In this document: in pieces, positions 57,501 through 64,000 of the stretch
Layout: the number at the start of each line of letters is the position of its first letter
How positions within the stretch are numbered: position 1 is the stretch's first letter
From: a virus
Taxonomy: Duplodnaviria; Caudoviricetes
IMG/VR virus record: IMGVR_UViG_3300033068_001704
Span: 64,001 to 128,000 of that record
Strand: one strand, 5' to 3'
Length of the DNA: 64,000 nucleotides
Made by a program: the position numbers and the translations under genes
The notes under the pieces: model-generated
Told to the model about the DNA's origin: nothing
Databases searched by the model: none
The model's input: only the letters and a program-made list of their open reading frames with translations

Positions 57501-59886
57501 AGGCATCGACACCGACTCGGCCGCGGGCGGAAACCAGTCGAAGCTCTACCAGGGCCCGATCGCTCGCCGCTTCACGGTGGCAACGACCGGTGGGCGCCTC
57601 GCCTACGACCGCATCCTCCTCCGCAACCGCCTCTTCCCGGGTGGAAGCTCGGTCGCACACGAGAACGTGCTCTCGCAGGCTGGGATCACCCTCCAGGGTG
57701 GTACCGGCGCCGCGAAGGCAGGTCTCCTCGGTGGTGTGACCGGAGAGGCTGTGTTCGGGGCGAACGTGAAGGCTCCCTCGATCTTCGCGCAGACCGGATG
57801 GTCGAGCGGACAGGTGGCGGCGCTGACCTTCGGGGATGCACGCGACAGCCAGCCGCTGGTCACGTTCTACGACGGGTCCGACCCGTCGAACCCGGCGAAC
57901 GATCTCCTGACCTTCACGGCAGGCGGGTCCCTCGTCACAACGGTCTTCACGGCTTCGAGCAGCGGGACGGACACCGCGCTCGGCCCGGTCACCGAGGCTG
58001 ACTCGGTCCTCGGGCAGATCAACGCGGCGATCGTCGCGGCGGGTCTCTCGGCGGTCGTGAGTGTGCGCCAGGAGGGTGCGGGCTTCCGCATCGTCGGTGG
58101 TGGCGTCGGCCCGACCGGCAACCTGACCATCGGGGCGGGTTCGGCGAACGACACCCTCGGTCTGTCCGAGGATGACACGGCGGCACCGGTGCCGGTCTCG
58201 GCGAAGCAGATGGCGAGCGCCCTCATGGGTCACGCTCAGGCGCCTGGTTCGTTCTCGACGGCGATGCTCGACTACGACACGCCCGACGCGAGCTACTTCG
58301 CGGGGCGAGCGCTCGCATGGGTCGCGACTGATTCGACTGGCAACGAGTTCCTCTACCTCCAGAGCCAGACGCTCGGGACCTCGTCCAGCATCGACTTCCA
58401 GGATGCGACCTCGAACAACGCCTTCGTGACCGGGACCCAGCTCCTGATCACGGCGGATGACGGGGCATCGGGAGAGGCCACCACGGACGGCTTCTTCGTC
58501 GTCAGCTCGAACCCGAGCGCGGGCTCCGGCTCGGCGAACACCTCGGTGTTCAACGCCGGTGTGGGTCAGGACGGCGTCGTCGGCCAGACCTACATGGACG
58601 ACGTCTCGGGCCTGACGTTCACCATCCTGCCCCGTGATGGCGGGATCCCGTACCCGACGGGTGCGAACGCGACCCTGTCGTTCCGCGTCTCGAAGACCTT
58701 CCTGACCGATGGCAACATCCCGACCCTCGCGGTCCCGGGCATCGAGCTGACGGTGACGAACACCTCGGGCGTCGCGACGGGTGACACCGCCTTCGTCGAG
58801 ACCTTCAAGAAGTCCGGCGCGGAGCCGAGCATCGGGCAGGTCTACTACGTCTCGTACGACTACGAGAAGCAGAACTTCTCCCCGAAGCTCTTCTCGAAGC
58901 TGTCGGACGTCGTCGCCGAGTACGGGCCGGTGAGCACGGACAACCCGCTCTCGCTCGCGGCCTACATCGCCTTCCTGAACGGGTCGAGCGTCATCGGTAC
59001 CTACCAGGTGCGGAAGGCGACCAACTCGTCCCAGGCGAGCGCGCAGGCGTACCTCGACGCGCTGGTCGAGCTGGAGGGCGCCTCGCTCCCCGGCAACATC
59101 AACCCGACGGTGCTCGCCCTGCTGACCCCGGCGACTGCGGACCTCGCGAAGCAGACCGCGATCCACTGCGACATCCAGTCGTCCATCCGGTACCGCGCAG
59201 AGCGGACGGCGGTCTTCGGATACGCATCGGGCACGCAGCCGGCGCAGGCGGGTCTCATCTCGCAGGCGGCAGGTTCGACGCGCGTCCGGTTCGTCTACCC
59301 GGACATCGCGACCCTCACCCTCACCGACGTCCTCGGGAACTCCCGTGAGTCCCTCGTGGACGGTCGGTACATCGCGGCGGCGGTCGCTGCGAACACGACG
59401 GCTCCGAGCATCGACTCGGCAACCCCCTGGACGGGTCGCCTCCTGTCGGGCTTCACGTCCCTCGGACGTCGGCTCGATGCGGTGGCAGCCAACCAGGTCG
59501 CGGCTCGCGGCGTGACCGTGGTCGAGGATCGCCTGCCCTTCCTTCGGATCCGGCACGGCCTCACCTCGGACATGACCAACGTCCTGACCAAGACGCCGAC
59601 GGTCATCCAGATCGCCGACGACATGCAGCGTCGGGCGCGTGCGGTTCTCGACCCCTTCATCGGTGTCAAGTTCCTCCCGCAGATCCTCGGTCAGATCGAG
59701 GGTCAGCTCAGCGAGATGTTCAAGCGCGCTGTGCAGGAGCAGATCATCACCTCCTTCACGGGCATCAGCGTCGCTGTCGATCCCGAGGATCCGACCGCGG
59801 TTCTGGTCGAGGCGTACTACGTCCCGGTCTTCCCGCTGCTCTACATCCAGCTCTCGTTCCGAGTCTCGGCCCAGTCGAGCTTCTGA
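54580..59886 (+). CDS. Tail sheath protein, very large (1768 aa)
   Basis: N-terminal YAPPGVYT; C-terminal sheath domain (RVRFVYPD, RHGLT, VEAYYVPVFPLLYI); AGGAG SD. Confidence 0.9.
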   Translation: MPSLLRGGYAPPGVYTQTSFGVPPSPTPVPPRIPVFVGTGVEILSRSNLPLVRGSSSTIDQQVVDEDEAGRAVVSVSGSGLVTLGEFEGTLTRFQVRNFPIVSGAGTGTVATDASAVSVRINGLPVVVLGLDATKGIVEIAQAPSASDVVRCTYFFDRTDTIATDDLSDQVTAEAAVLNGLAGQSFSFTAGVNDVFRIAVDGLAEVAIVLPSSSPTVSAAIVAATLSGAAGIGSLVASTYVNNLGLVCLRLTADKSIRIGTGTANTTLGFVPNAQTSRNRVFYTFNGPIVDGSGGGVTTTNPSDVVVLVDNVQVIPTSVNGSNRSVTLPYAPAMGSKVTVRYSHNSWQDTFDYLANIGVTRITRTALTPEGSTAGTFIQGVSYVLKDDAIVWGTSALVSAGTHTEGGEIFGTSQISAMLVDNQAFLAPCSSTTDTSGSVSIESRTVFQLPFQPTTGNGRGNPLGSDYLTISNGRMDLPTTRPDLITAYWGFGVQDALTRGPVTVLKVDSDTSRITLASSVPDGAEVFATFYYNTLVDQANVGSSSGYEISSLLAGPGGMGTFQIADGEGNSLYGVSLTGKGSDLATVDVVFPSGSEFFPDARIEGGEAVEETVTVEFATSDATPARFVNLGPAPYYTIDNTSDRLRVTFDASASQTGVAGGVDLSSPTGATRAGAFAHLLGEEIAYEADSGQTTFDLTSGVDDTVNFVVDGVPLSASTGTVSSATAATFVAAINAEAMEAGNEPRYDAAGVFTGITIAVNEYDQLTMHYTGSTGGASGNQAITIAPGTYASVGSLVTQINTQLSTINGPVGGLGGEVTCSALSSGRLRFSLMTERASSVLTFVSNPLNATTATIGGKVYTFQTVLTDVDGNVLIGAAATNTLDNLIAAITLGAGAGTTYATSTTLHPTVTAAAGAGDTMRATAKSAGTAGNAITTTTTVAGATWTGATLAGADEAGYLEFITNASAARDFAILAGIDTDSAAGGNQSKLYQGPIARRFTVATTGGRLAYDRILLRNRLFPGGSSVAHENVLSQAGITLQGGTGAAKAGLLGGVTGEAVFGANVKAPSIFAQTGWSSGQVAALTFGDARDSQPLVTFYDGSDPSNPANDLLTFTAGGSLVTTVFTASSSGTDTALGPVTEADSVLGQINAAIVAAGLSAVVSVRQEGAGFRIVGGGVGPTGNLTIGAGSANDTLGLSEDDTAAPVPVSAKQMASALMGHAQAPGSFSTAMLDYDTPDASYFAGRALAWVATDSTGNEFLYLQSQTLGTSSSIDFQDATSNNAFVTGTQLLITADDGASGEATTDGFFVVSSNPSAGSGSANTSVFNAGVGQDGVVGQTYMDDVSGLTFTILPRDGGIPYPTGANATLSFRVSKTFLTDGNIPTLAVPGIELTVTNTSGVATGDTAFVETFKKSGAEPSIGQVYYVSYDYEKQNFSPKLFSKLSDVVAEYGPVSTDNPLSLAAYIAFLNGSSVIGTYQVRKATNSSQASAQAYLDALVELEGASLPGNINPTVLALLTPATADLAKQTAIHCDIQSSIRYRAERTAVFGYASGTQPAQAGLISQAAGSTRVRFVYPDIATLTLTDVLGNSRESLVDGRYIAAAVAANTTAPSIDSATPWTGRLLSGFTSLGRRLDAVAANQVAARGVTVVEDRLPFLRIRHGLTSDMTNVLTKTPTVIQIADDMQRRARAVLDPFIGVKFLPQILGQIEGQLSEMFKRAVQEQIITSFTGISVAVDPEDPTAVLVEAYYVPVFPLLYIQLSFRVSAQSSF

Positions 59887-59926
59887 TCTGAGCTGATAGC
59901 TCACCCGCGAGCGCGGGAGGAGTTCG

Positions 59927-59961
59927 GAGCCGCTCACGGAAACGTGGGCGGCTCTTTTCTT
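59927..59961 (+). terminator. Intrinsic terminator after sheath
   Basis: GAGCCGCTCACG-GAAA-CGTGGGCGGCTC followed by TTTTCTT. Confidence 0.8.
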
Positions 59962-59983
59962 CTATATGGATGTGATTCGTGAG

Positions 59984-60322
59984 ATGGCGTCACTCAGAGC
60001 CCAAACAATCCGACTCGCACACGCGAAGCCGGAACTCCGTCCACATCTTCTCCCGCTCCTCAAGAGCGCGAAGATGCCTTGGGGTGGAGGCTCTGACGTC
60101 AACTGGGCGGAGATCGCAATGGTGGAACGCCACCGCCTCACGAGACGAGTCCGAGACCTGAAGAAGGCCGTCAGCACACTGCAAGAAGTGACGACGATCA
60201 TTCGGTCAGCGCCGGACGCTTCAGGGGATGAACTCCTGTTTGCGATGTCGCTCTTGAAGGCGGTCAACGAATCCATCCGAGCGATTCACCGCGACATCAA
60301 GGATGTACTTGGAATTCCCTGA
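59984..60322 (+). CDS. Small protein with N-terminal shared peptide tag
   Basis: LRAQTIRLAHAKPELRPHLLPLLK followed by SAK; alternative start 59966. Confidence 0.7.
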   Translation: MASLRAQTIRLAHAKPELRPHLLPLLKSAKMPWGGGSDVNWAEIAMVERHRLTRRVRDLKKAVSTLQEVTTIIRSAPDASGDELLFAMSLLKAVNESIRAIHRDIKDVLGIP

Positions 60323-60365
60323 GAAAATCGGGCCCTCACTCGATTCCCTATGAAAGGCGGTAGCC

Positions 60366-61145
60366 ATGGCGAACCAGGACGTGAACCCCTCTAACGGGAC
60401 TCAGGGAAGCTCGTATCTCTACGACTTCGGTACGAGCCCGAACACCCGCGTCGCGGTGAGCCAGAAGGTCCGCCTTCTTGCTCCGGCGTACGGGTCCGGA
60501 ACGAAGGCCCTCTTCCAGATGGGCGTCGTTTCGAGCTTCTCCCCGAGTCAGAGCCGGAACGTCGATACCGTTCGTGGTATCGGCTTCGGCGACACGATCG
60601 CCGAGCTGGTCCCGTCGGTGACCGAGCCGGTCACGGGTTCGCTCGAACGCGCGCTGCTGTACCTGTCCAACCTCTGGCAGGCAACCGGGTACGCAGGCGG
60701 CGTGGACGGCCCGGTGCGCTCTCTGGCGCACCACCGGTGGCCGTTCGACATCGAGCACCAGCTCGTGTTCAGCTCGCTCGCAGACCAGGACCTCGGTGTG
60801 GCGAACACGGGTCGGTCGGGCGCTGAGCGCTCGTTCGGGTCGGGCGTCCAGCGGATCACGTATCCGACGACGACCCTCCCCGATCCCCCGCTCTACGCTG
60901 GCGGCCCCCAGGGTCACTCGGCCATCGTCACGATGTACGAGGCGTGCTGGTTCACGAGCTGGTCGGCGACCTACTCGCAGGACGCGGGCCAGATCATGGA
61001 GCAGGGGGACGTGACCGTTTCGGACGTTCACGACTTCAGCTCGCTCTACGGGGAGTTCCTTCCCACGGGGAACGATCCCACGGTCGATCAGCTCGGCTCG
61101 ATCCGGTACGGCGGACCCTCGGGAGCGGCGACGCTCACGCCGTAA
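60366..61145 (+). CDS. Tail tube protein
   Basis: After the sheath; MGVVSSF...VRGIG.GD.IAELVP, PFDIE, YEACWFTSWS.TY. Confidence 0.8.
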   Translation: MANQDVNPSNGTQGSSYLYDFGTSPNTRVAVSQKVRLLAPAYGSGTKALFQMGVVSSFSPSQSRNVDTVRGIGFGDTIAELVPSVTEPVTGSLERALLYLSNLWQATGYAGGVDGPVRSLAHHRWPFDIEHQLVFSSLADQDLGVANTGRSGAERSFGSGVQRITYPTTTLPDPPLYAGGPQGHSAIVTMYEACWFTSWSATYSQDAGQIMEQGDVTVSDVHDFSSLYGEFLPTGNDPTVDQLGSIRYGGPSGAATLTP

Positions 61146-61231
61146 GGCGCTGAGACCTTTCGGGTTCGGTAGAGTGCGGGGAGTCTCCAGGTCGGAGGCT
61201 CCCCGTCTCACTTTCAGGACCAGGAGACCCC

Positions 61232-62428
61232 GTGGGCTTCACCCTTCAGGACATCAAGGCCGCGATGGCTCCCATCGCCAACGTTGGCAAGGGGGAACTC
61301 GACTTCGAGGTCAACGGTCTCCGCCTCGTGCTCAGAGCCCTCACTCCGGATGAGGAGATCCAGGTTCAGAAGTACGCCAGGGAGGTGCTCGCGGATGGCG
61401 GGGATGTCTCCGACCAAACCAGCATGCTGGAGTACCTCGACCGGTTCCGATGGGCTTCCCTCGGGTTCAGCCTCATCCAGATCGGGGAGAACGACTTCCG
61501 AGAGGTCGCCACGGTGGAGACTGGGGCCAAGCTGCCGAATGGCACTCCGGTCAAGGTGCATCGTCACGAGGCCTTCCGACAGCTCGTGTCTACATGGGCT
61601 CGGCCGATGCAGACGGCTGTGTTCCGGAAGTTCGGGGAGCTGAACGAGCGGATCGAGCGAGAGGTCGAGGGGGTCATCGAGTTCGACCCGGTGGACTTCG
61701 ATGCTGAGATCGCCCGTGTAGAGGACCGGCTGCGCGAGCTTCGTGAGGAGAAGGCGCGGTACGACGCCCTCGACAACGATCCGCGTACGAGAGATCGGGA
61801 ACAGGCCGCTGGCCGCGCCAAGAAGGCGAAGGCCGCGAAGCAGGATTCGGTCGAAGAGCAGACCAGCACGAACCAGGAGTCGTTCACGGTAGCGACCCCG
61901 GCAGACGTCGAACGGGAGGTCGTCTTCGAGGAAGAGGAGCCCGAGGAGCCGGAAGCCCCGCCGGTAGCGGTGGGCCCGAGAACCCCGGTCTTCGCCCGTC
62001 CTGACATGAAGATGCCGCCTCCGGCCCCGCGTATGTCCAGCCAGGCAGAACCCGAGCCCCAGGCAGCCGTGGAGGCTGAGGACCAGCCGGAGCTTCCCGC
62101 GGAGGACCATCTCCCCGACGTGATGTCGTCTATGGTGGACACGAGCGACCCGGACCAGATGGAACAGGCTGTGGCGGCCGAGACGGCTCGCATCGCGGCC
62201 ATGCGGGCTCGCGCAGCAGGGGCTCGAAAGCCGGCTCCCCACCTCGCTGCAAGGGATGTCGCTCAGGAGGTCGTCGGTCCTACCACGCCCACGCTGGTGG
62301 GGAAGATGGCAGGCACGGACGTCTACAAGATGCCGACGCAGACCCTCACGGATCGGCGCCCTCCCGACAACACGCCTTCCCCCGCCCCGAAGAGCAACGT
62401 CAACCCGCGATTCAAGCCCGCACGTTGA
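61232..62428 (+). CDS. Probable tail assembly chaperone
   Basis: Between tube and tape measure; LVLRALTPDEE motif; acidic/Pro-rich tail. Confidence 0.55.
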   Translation: MGFTLQDIKAAMAPIANVGKGELDFEVNGLRLVLRALTPDEEIQVQKYAREVLADGGDVSDQTSMLEYLDRFRWASLGFSLIQIGENDFREVATVETGAKLPNGTPVKVHRHEAFRQLVSTWARPMQTAVFRKFGELNERIEREVEGVIEFDPVDFDAEIARVEDRLRELREEKARYDALDNDPRTRDREQAAGRAKKAKAAKQDSVEEQTSTNQESFTVATPADVEREVVFEEEEPEEPEAPPVAVGPRTPVFARPDMKMPPPAPRMSSQAEPEPQAAVEAEDQPELPAEDHLPDVMSSMVDTSDPDQMEQAVAAETARIAAMRARAAGARKPAPHLAARDVAQEVVGPTTPTLVGKMAGTDVYKMPTQTLTDRRPPDNTPSPAPKSNVNPRFKPAR

Positions 62429-62451
62429 ACTCGGACATCTGAGGGCCTGAC

Positions 62452-63648
62452 GTGCTCCCCTCCACGACCAAGGAACAACGGGAGCCGATGTATGACGACC
62501 TGGTCCCTCTGGTCGTCCCTGGGTTCCTCACCACGACGCTTCGGATCGGGGATCTGACGCTCGGGCTGCGCTCACTTTCGACCAACGACACAGGCCTCCT
62601 GAGGCAGTTCGCGAAGGAGAACGGTCCTGACTGGCCGTTCTACCTGGCGGCGGCAAGCATCTGGATGATCGATGGTGTCCCTCTGTTGGAGGGGTACCCG
62701 TACACGTTCAAGACCGCCTTCGACCTCCTCAAGAGGTCGCATCTCTCGGTGGTTCGAGCCATCTTCGCTCAGGCACTTGCGTTCTTCCAGCGGATGCGGA
62801 AGGCGAACCTCGTGTTCGAGTCGTTCCTCTACGAGGAAGATTCGAGGCGCATGTGGGACTCCACGAACGATGGAGTGCACCCGATCCAGCAGCAGGCGGG
62901 TATCCCCGGGGTCGAACGCCTTGGGATGAACTCGTTTCAGTCCTCCTGGATCCAGTGGAATCGGAAGGAGGACACGAAGATCAGCGACGATTACTCGTGG
63001 AGCCTGACGAAGGTTCTCGTGTCGGTCCAGTCTGGGAAGTCGGGGAAGAAGCTCGACGAGAAGGACAAGACACGGATCGCGGGTGAGAAGAGCCGGCGTT
63101 CTGCGGTTCAAGATCGTGCGTACTACATGTGGCGCGGACTCGTCAGCCCTGACGGGGAGATGAAGGACAGCGATGTCCCCACGGTCCATCAGCCTCGGTC
63201 GGCCGCTGAGCTGGCAGAGGAGATGCGCCGCTGGGTCTCCGGCGAGAAGGATTTCCACGACAAGGTCGTCGAGGAGTACAAGGACCGCGTACGCCTGGAG
63301 ATGGAGCGGAGCGAGCGGGACAAGGAAGAGCGCGCTGCACGAGCACGCGAGCGCGCCACGGTGAACGAACAGGCCGGGAGACCGGCCCTCGTCGCCTACA
63401 CGGCGGAGCAGCTTTCAGAGCTTCGTCCGAAGAACGCGAAGGCTGGGGCGAAGTTCATCGTCGAGGCCGACCCGGTCGCCCGGACGTTCAACCGCTACCT
63501 CAGGGACGAGCCGGACGCAGGGGCGCTTGCGGTCGAGGGGGGTCGGGTAGTCAATAGCCGCCCTCTTACAGGCCAGGAAGAGGGGGCCCCTCGACCCTCT
63601 CTGAACGAGATGATCGCAAGCCGCAAGCCGGTCCTACCTAATGGCTAA
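62452..63648 (+). CDS. Probable second tail assembly chaperone
   Basis: Directly upstream of the tape measure; GFLT....LRSL pattern. Confidence 0.5.
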   Translation: MLPSTTKEQREPMYDDLVPLVVPGFLTTTLRIGDLTLGLRSLSTNDTGLLRQFAKENGPDWPFYLAAASIWMIDGVPLLEGYPYTFKTAFDLLKRSHLSVVRAIFAQALAFFQRMRKANLVFESFLYEEDSRRMWDSTNDGVHPIQQQAGIPGVERLGMNSFQSSWIQWNRKEDTKISDDYSWSLTKVLVSVQSGKSGKKLDEKDKTRIAGEKSRRSAVQDRAYYMWRGLVSPDGEMKDSDVPTVHQPRSAAELAEEMRRWVSGEKDFHDKVVEEYKDRVRLEMERSERDKEERAARARERATVNEQAGRPALVAYTAEQLSELRPKNAKAGAKFIVEADPVARTFNRYLRDEPDAGALAVEGGRVVNSRPLTGQEEGAPRPSLNEMIASRKPVLPNG

Positions 63649-64000
63649 GCCGAACGTCAGTGACCACGTAGTCCGGCTACAAACGGACTTCAAGGACTTC
63701 GTCCGGGACGCGAAGCGTGCCGGTGAGAAGTCTGGTGACTTGATCGCGAAGTCGATCGAGCAGGGTGTCAAGCATCGTTTCGTCAACGGCTTCATGAAGG
63801 AAGTCCGCACGGCGGACAAGAAGCGTCGCGAAATCGAGAAGCGGTTCCACGTCTACTCGGAGACGCTGGATGCGAAGCGCACGGGCAAGGTCACCCAGCA
63901 GCTCTCGGAGAACGCGAAGGAACTCGCGAAGCTCAACGCGGAACTCTCGAAGCGCAACATCGACCGGGAGACGAAGGAGCGGAAGGAAGCAGAGCGGGAC
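63641..64000 (+). CDS. Probable tape measure protein, N-terminus (runs off window)
   Basis: Open frame MAKPNVSDHVVRLQTDF...; coiled-coil character; canonical gene order. Confidence 0.6.
   Translation, partial: MAKPNVSDHVVRLQTDFKDFVRDAKRAGEKSGDLIAKSIEQGVKHRFVNGFMKEVRTADKKRREIEKRFHVYSETLDAKRTGKVTQQLSENAKELAKLNAELSKRNIDRETKERKEAERD

Noticed and set aside
54478-59937. 1819-aa minus-strand ORF, and similar long antisense ORFs (44482..47235, 39200..40786, 24839..26341, 18074..19483)
   Set aside because: Antisense shadows of strongly GC3-biased plus-strand genes; Arg-rich, motif-free translations
62380-62460. Programmed frameshift between the tail chaperones
   Set aside because: No slippery heptamer evident near the junction; the second gene has its own GAGG SD and GTG

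Overview
64 kb of a GC-rich, almost entirely plus-strand large (probably jumbo) contractile-tailed phage genome covering virion morphogenesis. It runs from the scaffold C-terminus, a head accessory protein and an HK97-fold major capsid protein (Bxz1-like type), through virion/fibre genes (including a 1315-aa protein of about 58 20-aa repeats), neck proteins, an actin homologue, tail terminator, a 1768-aa sheath, tube and two probable chaperones, to the start of the tape measure. Two large accessory islands (about 2.4-12.2 kb and 29.4-48.8 kb) interrupt the structural genes. They hold a LAGLIDADG homing endonuclease, a DUF2829/Tad2-like protein, two Pth2 peptidyl-tRNA hydrolases, a Nudix fusion, an atypical tRNA, a complete tmRNA, HExxH metallopeptidases, an SNF2 helicase, a di-haem cytochrome c lipoprotein, a myxobacterial-type TPR protein and a large vWA protein. 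The cytochrome and TPR genes suggest a Myxococcota host (inference). Two genome-wide patterns stand out. (1) Unrelated proteins carry a shared ~24-aa peptide tag (LRxxLIRLAHxKPELRxHLLPLL) or RVAS-type/[KR]xA motifs, which looks like a capsid-targeting and proteolytic cargo system for injected effectors. (2) A GCGTAA promoter-like motif sits 10-11 nt before SD-less start codons and often doubles as the upstream gene's Ala-stop codon. All family assignments come from motif recognition by eye; no database searches were run.
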